From positions 422,592,001-422,656,000 of the forward strand of contig OZ024740.1 of assembly GCA_964016885.1 (NCBI GenBank): a stretch of 64,000 nt of DNA, in the 5' to 3' direction. Of this stretch, positions 1 through 18,000 are shown piece by piece. Both the position numbers and the translations under genes were made by a program. The notes beneath the pieces are model-generated. The model was not told the DNA's origin, did not search any database, and saw only the letters and a list, made by a program, of their open reading frames with translations. How positions within the stretch are numbered: position 1 is the first letter of the stretch; each line of letters opens with the position of its first letter. Source of the DNA: Eledone cirrhosa (Eukaryota).

Positions 1-3000
1 CAATACAATATTATATATTTCCACACCAGTTTACCTCACATAACATCTAATACAATATTATATATTTGCAGACCAGTTTACCTCGCATTTAATACGATAT
101 TACATATTTCCACACAAGTTTACCTCACATAACACCCAATACAATATTATATATTTCCACACCAGTTTACCTCAATTAACACCCAATGCAATATTATATA
201 TTTCCACACCAGTTTACCTCACTTAACACCCAATACAATATTATATATTTCCACACCAGTTTACCTCACATGACATCCAATACAATATATATTTCCACAC
301 CAGTTTAACTCACATAACATCCAATGCAATATTATATATTTCCACACCAGTTTAACTCACATAACACCCAATACAATATTATATATTTCCACACCAGTTT
401 AGCTCACATAACATCTAATACAATATTATATATTTCCACACCAGTTTACCTCACATAACACCCAATACAACATTATATATTCCCACACCAGTTTACCTCA
501 CATAACACCCAATACAATATTATATATTTCCACACCAGTTTACCTCACATAACCCCCAATACAATATTATATATTTCCACACCAGTTTACCTCACATAAC
601 ATCTAATACAATATTATATATTTCCAGACCAGTTTACCTCGCATCTAATACGATATTACATATTTCCACACAAGTTTACCTCACATAACACCCAATACAA
701 TATTATATATTTCCACACCAGTCTACCTCACTTAACACCCAATACAATATTATATATTTCCACACCAGTTTACCTCACATAACACCCAATACAATATTAT
801 ATATTCCCACACCAGTTTACCTCACATGACATCCAATACAATATATATTTCCACACCAGTTTAACTCACATAACATCCAATACAATATATATTTCCACAC
901 CAGTTTAGCTCACATAACATCTAATACAATATATATATTTGCACACCAGTTTACCTCACATAACACCCAATACAATATTATATATTTCCACACCAGTTTA
1001 CCTCACATAACATTTAATATAATATATATTTCCACACCAGATTATCTCACATAACACCCAATCCAATATTATATATTTCCACACCAGTTTACCTCACATC
1101 TAATACAATATTATATATTTCCACACAAGTTTACCTCACATAACATCTAATACAATATTATATATTTCCACACCAGTTTACCTCACATAACACCCAATAC
1201 AACATTATATATTCCCACACCAGTTTACCTCACATAACACCCAATACAATATTATATATTTCCACACCAGTTTACCTCACATAACCCCCAATACAATATT
1301 ATATATTTCCACACCAGTTTACCTCACATAACACCCAATACAATATTATATATTTCCACACCAGTTTACCTCATATAACATCTAATACAATATTATATAT
1401 TTCCACACCAATTTACCTCACATAACACCCAATACAATATTATATATTTCCACACCAGTTTACCTCACATAACACCCAATACAATATTATATATTTCCAC
1501 ACCAAGTTACCTAACATAACATCCAATACAATATACATTTCCACACCAGTTTACCTCACATAACACCCAATATAATATTATATATTTCCACACCAGTTTA
1601 CCTCACATAACACCCAATACAATATTATATATTTCCACACCAGTTTACCTCACATAACATCTAATACAATATTATATATTTGCAGACCAGTTTACCTCGC
1701 ATTTAATACGATATTACATATTTCCACACAAGTTTACCTCACATAACACCCAATACAATATTATATATTTCCACACCAGTTTACCTCAATTAACACCCAA
1801 TACAATATTATATATTTCCACACCAGTTTACCTCACATAACACCCAATACAATATTATATATTTCCACACCAGTTTACCTCACATGACATCCAATACAAT
1901 ATATATTTCCACACCAGTTTAACTCACATAACATCCAATGCAATATTATATATTTCCACACCAGTTTAACTCACATAACACCCAATACAATATTATATAT
2001 TTCCACACCAGTTTAGCTCACATAACATCTAATACAATATTATATATTTCCACACCAGTTTACCTCACATAACACCCAATACAACATTATATATTCCCAC
2101 ACCAGTTTACCTCACATAACACCCAATACAATATTATATATTTCCACACCAGTTTACCTCACATAACCCCCAATACAATATTATATATTTCCACACCAGT
2201 TTACCTCAATTAACACCCAATACAATATTATATATTTCCACACCAGTTTACCTCACATAACACCCAATACAATATTATATATTTCCACACCAGTTTACCT
2301 CACATAACATTTAATATAATATATATTTCCACACCAGATTACCTCACATAACACCCAATACAATATTATATATTTCCACACCAGTTTACCTCACAACATC
2401 TAATACAATATTATATATTTCCACACCAGTTTACCTCACATAACACCCAATACAACATTATATATTCCCACACCAGTTTACCTCAAATAACACCCAATAC
2501 AATATTATATATTTCCACACCAGTTTACCTCACATAACCCCCAATACAATATTATATATTTCCTCACCAGTTTACCTCACATAACACCCAATACAATATT
2601 ATATATTTCCACACCAGTTTACCTCACATAACATCCAACACAATATTATATATTTCCACACCAGTTTACCTCACATAACATCTAATACAATATTATATAT
2701 TTCCTCACCAGTTTACCTCACATAACACCCAATACAATATTTTATATTTCCACACCAGTTTACCTTACATAACATCCAATCAAATATTATAAATTTCCAC
2801 ACCAGTTTACCTCACATAACATCTAGTACAATATTATATATTTCCACACCAGTTTACCTCACATAACACCCAATACAATATTATATATTTCCACACCAGT
2901 TTACCTCACATAACACCCAATACAATATTATATATTTCCACACCAGTTTACCTCACATAACATCCAATACAATATTATATATTTCCACACCAGTTTACCT

Positions 3001-6000
3001 CACTAACACCCAATACAATATTATATATTTCCACACCAGTTAACCTCACATAACATCTAATACAATATTATATATTTCCTGACCAGTTTACCTCGCATCT
3101 AATACGATATTCCATATTTCCACACAAGTTTACCTCACATAACTCCCAATACAATATTATATATTTCCACACCAGTTTACCTCAATTAACACCAAATACA
3201 ATATTATATATTTCCACACCAGTTTACCTCACATAACACCCAATACAATATTATATATTTCCACACCAGTTTACCTCAATTAACACCAAATACATTATTA
3301 TATATTTCCACACCAGTTTACCTCACATAACACCCAATACAATATTATATATTTCCACACCAGTTTAACTCACATAACACCCAATACAATATTATATATT
3401 TCCACACCAGTTTACCTCACATAACATTTAATATAATATTATATATTTCCACACCAGATTACCTCACATAACACCCAATACAATATTATATATTTCCACA
3501 CCAGTTTACCTCACATAATATCTAATACAATATTATATATTTCCACACAAGTTTACCTCACAGAACATCTAATACAATATTATATATTTCCACACCAGTT
3601 TACCTCACATAACACCCAATACAACATTATATATTCCCACACCAGTTTACCTCACATAACACCCAATACAAAATTATATATTTCCACACCAGTTTACCTC
3701 ACATAACCCCCAATACAATATTATATATTTCCACACCAGTTTACCTCACATAACACCCAATACAATATTATATAATTCCACACCAGTTTACCTCACATAA
3801 CATCTAATACAATATTATATATTTCCAGACCAGTTTACCTCGCATCTAATACGATATTACATATTTCCACACAAGTTTACCTCACATAACACCCAATACA
3901 ATATTATATATTTCCACACCAGTCTACCTCACTTAACACCCAATACAATATTATATATTTCCACACCAGTTTACCTCACATAACACCCAATACAATATTA
4001 TATATTCCCACACCAGTTTACCTCACATGACATCCAATACAATATATATTTCCACACCAGTTTAACTCACATAACATCCAATACAATATATATTTCCACA
4101 CCAGTTTAGCTCACATAACATCTAATACAATATTATATATTTCCACACCAATTTACCTCACATAACACCCAATACAATATTATATATTTCCACACAAGTT
4201 TACCTCACATAACACCCAATACAATATTATATATTTCCACACCAAGTTACCTAACATAACATCCAATACAATATTATACATTTCCACACCAGTTTACCTC
4301 ACATAACACCCAATACAATATTATATATTTCCACACCAGTTTACCTCAATTAACACCCAATACAATATTATATATTTCCACACCAGTTTACCTCACATAA
4401 CACCCAATACAATATTATATATTTCCACACCAGTTTACCTCACATGACATCCAATACAATATATATTTCCACACCAGTTTAACTCACATAACATCCAATG
4501 CAATATTATATATTTCCACACCAGTTTACCTCACTAACACCCAATACAATATTATATATTTCCACACCAGTTAACCTGACATAACATCTAATACAATATT
4601 ATATATTTCCTGACCAGTTTACCTCGCATCTAATACGATATTCCATATTTCCACACAAGTTTACCTCACATAACACCCAATACAATATTATATATTTCCA
4701 CACCAGTTTACCTCAATTAACACCAAATACAATATTATATATTTCCACACCAGTTTACCTCACATAACACCCAATACAATATTATATATTTCCACACCAG
4801 TTTACCTCAATTAACACCAAATACATTATTATATATTTCCACACCAGTTTACCTCACATAACACCCAATACAATATTATATATTTCCACACCAGTTTAAC
4901 TCACATAACACCCAATACAATATTATATATTTCCACACCAATTTAGCTCACATAACATCGAATACAATATATATTTGCACACCAGTTTACCTCACATAAC
5001 ACCCAATACAATATTATATATTTCCACACCAGTTTACCTCACATAACATTTAATATAATATTATATATTTCCACACCAGATTACCTCACATAACACCCAA
5101 TACAATATTATATATTTCCACACCAGTTTACCTCACATAATATCTAATACAATATTATATATTTCCACACAAGTTTACCTCACAGAACATCTAATACAAT
5201 ATTATATATTTCCACACCAGTTTACCTCACATAACACCCAATACAACATTATATATTCCGACACCAGTTTACCTCACATAACACCCAATACAAAATTATA
5301 TATTTCCACACCAGTTTACCTCACATAACACCCAATACAATATTATATATTTCCACACCAGTTTACCTCACATGACATCCAATACAATATATATTTCCAC
5401 ACCAGTTTAACTCACATAACATCCAATACAATATTATATATTTCCACACCAGTTTAACTCACATAACACCCAATACAATATTATGTATTTCCACACCAGT
5501 TTACCTCACATAACACCCAATACAATATTATATATTTCCACACCAGTTTAGCTCACATAACATCTAATACAATATTATATATTTCCACACCAGTTTACCT
5601 CACATAACACCCAATACAACATTATATATTCCCACACCAGTTTACCTCACATAACACCCAATACAATATTATATATTTCCACACCAGTTTACCTCACATA
5701 ACCCCCAATACAATATTATATATTTCCACACCAGTTTACCTCAATTAACACCCAATACAATATTATATATTTCCACACCAGTTTACCTCACATAACACCC
5801 AATACAATATTATATATTTCCACACCAGTTTACCTCACATAACATTTAATATAATATATATTTCCACACCAGATTACCTCACATAACACCCAATACAATA
5901 TTATATATTTCCACACCAGTTTACCTCACAACATCTAATACAATATTATATATTTCCACACCAGTTTACCTCACATAACACCCAATACAACATTATATAT

Positions 6001-9000
6001 TCCCACACCAGTTTACCTCAAATAACACCCAATACAATATTATATATTTCCACACCAGTTTACCTCACATAACCCCCAATACAATATTATATATTTCCTC
6101 ACCAGTTTACCTCACATAACACCCAATACAATATTATATATTTCCACACCAGTTTACCTCACATAACATCCAACACAATATTATATATTTCCACACCAGT
6201 TTACCTCACATAACATCTAATACAATATTATATATTTCCTCACCAGTTTACCTCACATAACACCCAATACAATATTTTATATTTCCACACCAGTTTACCT
6301 TACATAACATCCAATCAAATATTATAAATTTCCACACCAGTTTACCTCACATAACATCTAGTACAATATTATATATTTCCACACCAGTTTACCTCACATA
6401 ACACCCAATACAATATTATATATTTCCACACCAGTTTACCTCACATAACACCCAATACAATATTATATATTTCCACACCAGTTTACCTCACATAACATCC
6501 AATACAATATTATATATTTCCACACCAGTTTACCTCACTAACACCCAATACAATATTATATATTTCCACACCAGTTAACCTCACATAACATCTAATACAA
6601 TATTATATATTTCCTGACCAGTTTACCTCGCATCTAATACGATATTCCATATTTCCACACAAGTTTACCTCACATAACTCCCAATACAATATTATATATT
6701 TCCACACCAGTTTACCTCAATTAACACCAAATACAATATTATATATTTCCACACCAGTTTACCTCACATAACACCCAATACAATATTATATATTTCCACA
6801 CCAGTTTACCTCAATTAACACCAAATACATTATTATATATTTCCACACCAGTTTACCTCACATAACACCCAATACAATATTATATATTTCCACACCAGTT
6901 TAACTCACATAACACCCAATACAATATTATATATTTCCACACCAGTTTACCTCACATAACATTTAATATAATATTATATATTTCCACACCAGATTACCTC
7001 ACATAACACCCAATACAATATTATATATTTCCACACCAGTTTACCTCACATAATATCTAATACAATATTATATATTTCCACACAAGTTTACCTCACAGAA
7101 CATCTAATACAATATTATATATTTCCACACCAGTTTACCTCACATAACACCCAATACAACATTATATATTCCCACACCAGTTTACCTCACATAACACCCA
7201 ATACAAAATTATATATTTCCACACCAGTTTACCTCACATAACCCCCAATACAATATTATATATTTCCACACCAGTTTACCTCACATAACACCCAATACAA
7301 TATTATATAATTCCACACCAGTTTACCTCACATAACATCTAATACAATATTATATATTTCCAGACCAGTTTACCTCGCATCTAATACGATATTACATATT
7401 TCCACACAAGTTTACCTCACATAACACCCAATACAATATTATATATTTCCACACCAGTCTACCTCACTTAACACCCAATACAATATTATATATTTCCACA
7501 CCAGTTTACCTCACATAACACCCAATACAATATTATATATTCCCACACCAGTTTACCTCACATGACATCCAATACAATATATATTTCCACACCAGTTTAA
7601 CTCACATAACATCCAATACAATATATATTTCCACACCAGTTTAGCTCACATAACATCTAATACAATATTATATATTTCCACACCAATTTACCTCACATAA
7701 CACCCAATACAATATTATATATTTCCACACAAGTTTACCTCACATAACACCCAATACAATATTATATATTTCCACACCAAGTTACCTAACATAACATCCA
7801 ATACAATATTATACATTTCCACACCAGTTTACCTCACATAACACCCAATACAATATTATATATTTCCACACCAGTTTACCTCAATTAACACCCAATACAA
7901 TATTATATATTTCCACACCAGTTTACCTCACATAACACCCAATACAATATTATATATTTCCACACCAGTTTACCTCACATGACATCCAATACAATATATA
8001 TTTCCACACCAGTTTAACTCACATAACATCCAATGCAATATTATATATTTCCACACCAGTTTACCTCACTAACACCCAATACAATATTATATATTTCCAC
8101 ACCAGTTAACCTGACATAACATCTAATACAATATTATATATTTCCTGACCAGTTTACCTCGCATCTAATACGATATTCCATATTTCCACACAAGTTTACC
8201 TCACATAACACCCAATACAATATTATATATTTCCACACCAGTTTACCTCAATTAACACCAAATACAATATTATATATTTCCACACCAGTTTACCTCACAT
8301 AACACCCAATACAATATTATATATTTCCACACCAGTTTACCTCAATTAACACCAAATACATTATTATATATTTCCACACCAGTTTACCTCACATAACACC
8401 CAATACAATATTATATATTTCCACACCAGTTTAACTCACATAACACCCAATACAATATTATATATTTCCACACCAATTTAGCTCACATAACATCGAATAC
8501 AATATATATTTGCACACCAGTTTACCTCACATAACACCCAATACAATATTATATATTTCCACACCAGTTTACCTCACATAACATTTAATATAATATTATA
8601 TATTTCCACACCAGATTACCTCACATAACACCCAATACAATATTATATATTTCCACACCAGTTTACCTCACATAATATCTAATACAATATTATATATTTC
8701 CACACAAGTTTACCTCACAGAACATCTAATACAATATTATATATTTCCACACCAGTTTACCTCACATAACACCCAATACAACATTATATATTCCGACACC
8801 AGTTTACCTCACATAACACCCAATACAAAATTATATATTTCCACACCAGTTTACCTCACATAACACCCAATACAATATTATATATTTCCACACCAGTTTA
8901 CCTCACATGACATCCAATACAATATATATTTCCACACCAGTTTAACTCACATAACATCCAATACAATATTATATATTTCCACACCAGTTTAACTCACATA

Positions 9001-12000
9001 ACACCCAATACAATATTATGTATTTCCACACCAGTTTACCTCACATAACACCCAATACAATATTATATATTTCCACACCAGTTAACCTCACATAACATCC
9101 AATACAATATATATTTCCACAGCAGTTTAACTCACATAACATCCAATACAATATTATATATTTCCACACCAGTTTAACTCACATAACACCCAATACAATA
9201 TTATATATTTCCACACCAGTTTACCTCACATAACACCCAATACAATATTATATATTTCCACACCAGTTAACCTCACATAACATCCAATACAATATATATT
9301 TCCACACCAGTTTAACTCACATAACATCCAATACAATATTATATATTTCCACACCAGTTTAACTCACATAACACCCAATACAATATTATATATTTCCACA
9401 CCAGTTTACCTCACATAACACCCAATACAATATTATATATTTCCACACCAATTTACCTAACATAACATCCAATACAATATTATACATTACCACACCAGTT
9501 TACCTAACATAACACCCAGTACAATATTATATATTTCCAAACCAGTTTACCTCACATAACACCCAATACAATATTATATATTTCCACACCAGTTTACCTC
9601 ACATAACATCTAATACAATATTATATATTTGCAGACCAGTTTACCTCGCATTTAATACGATATTACATATTTCCACACAAGTTTACCTCACATAACACCC
9701 AATACAATATTATATATTTCCACACCAGTTTACCTCAATTAACACCCAATACAATATTATGTATTTCCACACCAGTTTACCTCACATAACACCCAATACA
9801 ATATTATATATTTCCACACCAGTTTACCTCACATGACACCCAATACAATATTATATATTTCCACACCAGTTTACCTCATATAACATCTAATACAATATTA
9901 TATATTTCCACACCAATTTACCTCACATAACACCCAATACAATATTATATATTTCCACACCAGTTTACCTCACATAACACCCAATACAATATTATATATT
10001 TCCACACCAAGTTACCTAACATAACATCCAATACAATATTATACATTTCCACACCAGTTTACCTCACATAACACCCAATACAATATTATATATTTCCACA
10101 CCAGTTTACCTCACATAACACCCAATACAATATTATATATTTCCACACCAGTTTACCTCACATAACATCTAATACAATATTATATATTTGCAGACCAGTT
10201 TACCTCGCATTTAATACGATATTACATATTTCCACACAAGTTTACCTCACATAACACCCAATACAATATTATATATTTCCACACCAGTTTACCTCAATTA
10301 ACACCCAATGCAATATTATATATTTCCACACCAGTTTACCTCACTTAACACCCAATACAATATTATATATTTCCACACCAGTTTACCTCACATGACATCC
10401 AATACAATATATATTTCCACACCAGTTTAACTCACATAACATCCAATGCAATATTATATATTTCCACACCAGTTTAACTCACATAACACCCAATACAATA
10501 TTATATATTTCCACACCAGTTTAGCTCACATAACATCTAATACAATATTATATATTTCCACACCAGTTTACCTCACATAACACCCAATACAACATTATAT
10601 ATTCCCACACCAGTTTACCTCACATAACACCCAATACAATATTATATATTTCCACACCAGTTTACCTCACATAACCCCCAATACAATATTATATATTTCC
10701 ACACCAGTTTACCTCACATAACATTTAAGATAATATATATTTCCACACCAGATTACCTCACATAACACCCAATACAATATTATATATTTCCACACCAGTT
10801 TACCTCACAACATCTAATACAATATTATATATTTCCACACCAGTTTACCTCACATAACACCCAATACAACATTATATATTCCCACACCAGTTTACCTCAA
10901 ATAACACCCAATACAATATTATATATTTCCACACCAGTTTACCTCACATAACCCCCAATACAATATTATATATTTCCTCACCAGTTTACCTCACATAACA
11001 CCCAATACAATATTATATATTTCCACACCAGTTTACCTCACATAACATCCAACACAATATTATATATTTCCACACCAGTTTACCTCACATAACATCTAAT
11101 ACAATATTATATATTTCCTCACCAGTTTACCTCACATAACACTCAATACAATATTTTATATTTCCACACCAGTTTACCTTACATAACATCCAATCAAATA
11201 TTATAAATTTCCACACCAGTTTACCTCACATAACATCTAGTACAATATTATATATTTCCACACCAGTTTACCTCACATAACACCCAATACAATATTATAT
11301 ATTTCCACACCAGTTTACCTCACATAACACCCAATACAATATTATATATTTCCACACCAGTTTACCTCAGATAACATCCAATACAATATTATATATTTCC
11401 ACACCAGTTTACCTCACTAACACCCAATACAATATTATATATTTCCACACCAGTTAACCTCACATAACATCTAATACAATATTATATATTTCCTGACCAG
11501 TTTACCTCGCATCTAATACGATATTCCATATTTCCACACAAGTTTACCTCACATAACACCCAATACAATATTATATATTTCCACACCAGTTTACCTCAAT
11601 TAACACCAAATACAATATTATATATTTCCACACCAGTTTACCTCACATAACACCCAATACAATATTATATATTTCCACACCAGTTTACCTCAATTAACAC
11701 CAAATACATTATTATATATTTCCACACCAGTTTACCTCACATAACACCCAATACAATATTATATATTTCCACACCAGTTTACCTCACATAACATTTAATA
11801 TAATATTATATATTTCCACACCAGATTACCTCACATAACACCCAATACAATATTATATATTTCCACACCAGTTTACCTCACATAATATCTAATACAATAT
11901 TATATATTTCCACACAAGTTTACCTCACAGAACATCTAATACAATATTATATATTTCCACACCAGTTTACCTCACATAACACCCAATACAACATTATATA

Positions 12001-15000
12001 TTCCCACACCAGTTTACCTCACATAACACCCAATACAAAATTATATATTTCCACACCAGTTTACCTCACATAACACCCAATACAATATTATATATTTCCA
12101 CACCAGTTTACCTCACATGACATCCAATACAATATATATTTCCACACCAGTTTAACTCACATAACATCCAATACAATATTATATATTTCCACACCAGTTT
12201 AACTCACATAACACCCAATACAATATTATGTATTTCCACACCAGTTTACCTCACATAACACCCAATACAATATTATATATTTCCACACCAGTTAACCTCA
12301 CATAACATCCAATACAATATATATTTCCACAGCAGTTTAACTCACATAACATCCAATACAATATTATATATTTCCACACCAGTTTAACTCACATAACACC
12401 CAATACAATATTATATATTTCCACACCAGTTTACCTCACATAACATTTAATATAATATTATATATTTCCACACCAGATTACCTCACATAACACCCAATAC
12501 AATATTATATATTTCCACACCACTTTACCTCACATAATATCTAATACAATATTATATATTTCCACACAAGTTTACCTCACAGAACATCTAATACAATATT
12601 ATATATTTCCACACCAGTTTACCTCACATAACACCCAATACAACATTATATATTCCCACACCAGTTTACCTCACATAACACCCAATACAAAATTATATAT
12701 TTCCACACCAGTTTACCTCACATAACCCCCAATACAATATTATATATTTCCACACCAGTTTACCTCACATAACACCCAATACAATATTATATATTTCCAC
12801 ACCAGTTTACCTCACATAACATCTAATACAATATTATATATTTCCAGACCAGTTTACCTCGCATCTAATACGATATTACATATTTCCACACAAGTTTACC
12901 TCACATAACACCCAATACAATATTATATATTTCCACACCAGTCTACCTCACTTAACACCCAATACAATATTATATATTTCCACACCAGTTTACCTCACAT
13001 AACACCCAATACAATATTATATATTCCCACACCAGTTTACCTCACATGACATCCAATACAATATATATTTCCACACCAGTTTAACTCACATAACATCCAA
13101 TACAATATATATTTCCACACCAGTTTAGCTCACATAACATCTAATACAATATATATATTTGCACACCAGTTTACCTCACATAACACCCAATACAATATTA
13201 TATATTTCCACACCAGTTTACCTCACATAACATTTAATATAATATATATTTCCACACCAGATTATCTCACATAACACCCAATCCAATATTATATATTTCC
13301 ACACCAGTTTACCTCACATCTAATACAATATTATATATTTCCACACCAGTTTACCTCACATAACACCCAATACAACATTATATATTCCCACACCAGTTTA
13401 CCTCACATAACACCCAATACAATATTATATATTTCCACACCAGTTTACCTCACATAACCCCCAATACAATATTATATATTTCCACACCAGTTTACCTCAC
13501 ATAACACGCAATACAATATTATATATTTCCACACCAGTTTACCTCATATAACATCTAATACAATATTATATATTTCCACACCAATTTACCTCACATAACA
13601 CCCAATACAATATTATATATTTCCACACCAGTTTACCTCACATAACACCCATTACAATATTATATATTTCCACACCAAGTTACCTAACATAACATCCAAT
13701 ACAATATACATTTCCACACCAGTTTACCTCACATAACACCCAATACAATATTATATATTTCCACACCAGTTTACCTCACATAACACCCAATACAATATTA
13801 TATATTTCCACACCAGTTTACCTCACATAACATCTAATACAATATTATATATTTGCAGACCAGTTTACCTCGCATTTAATACGATATTACATATTTCCAC
13901 ACAAGTTTACCTCACATAACACCCAATACAATATTATATATTTCCACACCAGTTTACCTCAATTAACACCCAATACAATATTATATATTTCCACACCAGT
14001 TTACCTCACATAACACCCAATACAATATTATATATTTCCACACCAGTTTACCTCACATGACATCCAATACAATATATATTTCCACACCAGTTTAACTCAC
14101 ATAACATCCAATGCAATATTATATATTTCCACACCAGTTTAACTCACATAACACCCAATACAATATTATATATTTCCACACCAGTTTAGCTCACATAACA
14201 TCTAATACAATATTATATATTTCCACACCAGTTTACCTCACATAACACCCAATACAACATTATATATTCCCACACCAGTTTACCTCACATAACACCCAAT
14301 ACAATATTATATATTTCCACACCAGTTTACCTCACATAACCCCCAATACAATATTATATATTTCCACACCAGTTTACCTCAATTAACACCCAATACAATA
14401 TTATATATTTCCACACCAGTTTACCTCACATAACACCCAATACAATATTATATATTTCCACACCAGTTTACCTCACATAACATTTAATATAATATATATT
14501 TCCACACCAGATTACCTCACATAACACCCAATACAATATTATATATTTCCACACCAGTTTACCTCACAACATCTAATACAATATTATATATTTCCACACC
14601 AGTTTACCTCACATAACACCCAATACAACATTATATATTCCCACACCAGTTTACCTCAAATAACACCCAATACAATATTATATATTTCCACACCAGTTTA
14701 CCTCACATAACCCCCAATACAATATTATATATTTCCTCACCAGTTTACCTCACATAACACCCAATACAATATTATATATTTCCACACCAGTTTACCTCAC
14801 ATAACATCCAACACAATATTATATATTTCCACACCAGTTTACCTCACATAACATCTAATACAATATTATATATTTCCTCACCAGTTTACCTCACATAACA
14901 CCCAATACAATATTTTATATTTCCACACCAGTTTACCTTACATAACATCCAATCAAATATTATAAATTTCCACACCAGTTTACCTCACATAACATCTAGT

Positions 15001-18000
15001 ACAATATTATATATTTCCACACCAGTTTACCTCACATAACACCCAATACAATATTATATATTTCCACACCAGTTTACCTCACATAACACCCAATACAATA
15101 TTATATATTTCCACACCAGTTTACCTCACATAACATCCAATACAATATTATATATTTCCACACCAGTTTACCTCACTAACACCCAATACAATATTATATA
15201 TTTCCACACCAGTTAACCTCACATAACATCTAATACAATATTATATATTTCCTGACCAGTTTACCTCGCATCTAATACGATATTCCATATTTCCACACAA
15301 GTTTACCTCACATAACTCCCAATACAATATTATATATTTCCACACCAGTTTACCTCAATTAACACCAAATACAATATTATATATTTCCACACCAGTTTAC
15401 CTCACATAACACCCAATACAATATTATATATTTCCACACCAGTTTACCTCAATTAACACCAAATACATTATTATATATTTCCACACCAGTTTACCTCACA
15501 TAACACCCAATACAATATTATATATTTCCACACCAGTTTAACTCACATAACACCCAATACAATATTATATATTTCCACACCAATTTAACTCACATAACAT
15601 CGAATACAATATATATTTGCACACCAGTTTACCTCACATAACACCCAATACAATATTATATATTTCCACACCAGTTTACCTCACATAACATTTAATATAA
15701 TATTATATATTTCCACACCAGATTACCTCACATAACACCCAATACAATATTATATATTTCCACACCAGTTTACCTCACATAATATCTAATACAATATTAT
15801 ATATTTCCACACAAGTTTACCTCACAGAACATCTAATACAATATTATATATTTCCACACCAGTTTACCTCACATAACACCCAATACAACATTATATATTC
15901 CCACACCAGTTTACCTCACATAACACCCAATACAAAATTATATATTTCCACACCAGTTTACCTCACATAACCCCCAATACAATATTATATATTTCCACAC
16001 CAGTTTACCTCACATAACACCCAATACAATATTATATAATTCCACACCAGTTTACCTCACATAACATCTAATACAATATTATATATTTCCAGACCAGTTT
16101 ACCTCGCATCTAATACGATATTACATATTTCCACACAAGTTTACCTCACATAACACCCAATACAATATTATATATTTCCACACCAGTCTACCTCACTTAA
16201 CACCCAATACAATATTATATATTTCCACACCAGTTTACCTCACATAACACCCAATACAATATTATATATTCCCACACCAGTTTACCTCACATGACATCCA
16301 ATACAATATATATTTCCACACCAGTTTAACTCACATAACATCCAATACAATATATATTTCCACACCAGTTTAGCTCACATAACATCTAATACAATATTAT
16401 ATATTTCCACACCAATTTACCTCACATAACACCCAATACAATATTATATATTTCCACACCAGTTTACCTCACATAACACCCAATACAATATTATATATTT
16501 CCACACCAAGTTACCTAACATAACATCCAATACAATATTATACATTTCCACACCAGTTTACCTCACATAACACCCAATACAATATTATATATTTCCACAC
16601 CAGTTTACCTCAATTAACACCCAATACAATATTATATATTTCCACACCAGTTTACCTCACATAACACCCAATACAATATTATATATTTCCACACCAGTTT
16701 ACCTCACATGACATCCAATACAATATATATTTCCACACCAGTTTAACTCACATAACATCCAATGCAATATTATATATTTCCACACCAGTTTACCTCACTA
16801 ACACCCAATACAATATTATATATTTCCACACCAGTTAACCTGACATAACATCTAATACAATATTATATATTTCCTGACCAGTTTACCTCGCATCTAATAC
16901 GATATTCCATATTTCCACACAAGTTTACCTCACATAACACCCAATACAATATTATATATTTCCACACCAGTTTACCTCAATTAACACCAAATACAATATT
17001 ATATATTTCCACACCAGTTTACCTCACATAACACCCAATACAATATTATATATTTCCACACCAGTTTACCTCAATTAACACCAAATACATTATTATATAT
17101 TTCCACACCAGTTTACCTCACATAACACCCAATACAATATTATATATTTCCACACCAGTTTAACTCACATAACACCCAATACAATATTATATATTTCCAC
17201 ACCAATTTAGCTCACATAACATCGAATACAATATATATTTGCACACCAGTTTACCTCACATAACACCCAATACAATATTATATATTTCCACACCAGTTTA
17301 CCTCACATAACATTTAATATAATATTATATATTTCCACACCAGATTACCTCACATAACACCCAATACAATATTATATATTTCCACACCAGTTTACCTCAC
17401 ATAATATCTAATACAATATTATATATTTCCACACAAGTTTACCTCACAGAACATCTAATACAATATTATATATTTCCACACCAGTTTACCTCACATAACA
17501 CCCAATACAACATTATATATTCCGACACCAGTTTACCTCACATAACACCCAATACAAAATTATATATTTCCACACCAGTTTACCTCACATAACACCCAAT
17601 ACAATATTATATATTTCCACACCAGTTTACCTCACATGACATCCAATACAATATATATTTCCACACCAGTTTAACTCACATAACATCCAATACAATATTA
17701 TATATTTCCACACCAGTTTAACTCACATAACACCCAATACAATATTATGTATTTCCACACCAGTTTACCTCACATAACACCCAATACAATATTATATATT
17801 TCCACACCAGTTAACCTCACATAACATCCAATACAATATATATTTCCACAGCAGTTTAACTCACATAACATCCAATACAATATTATATATTTCCACACCA
17901 GTTTAACTCACATAACACCCAATACAATATTATATATTTCCACACCAGTTTACCTCACATAACACCCAATACAATATTATATATTTCCACACCAATTTAC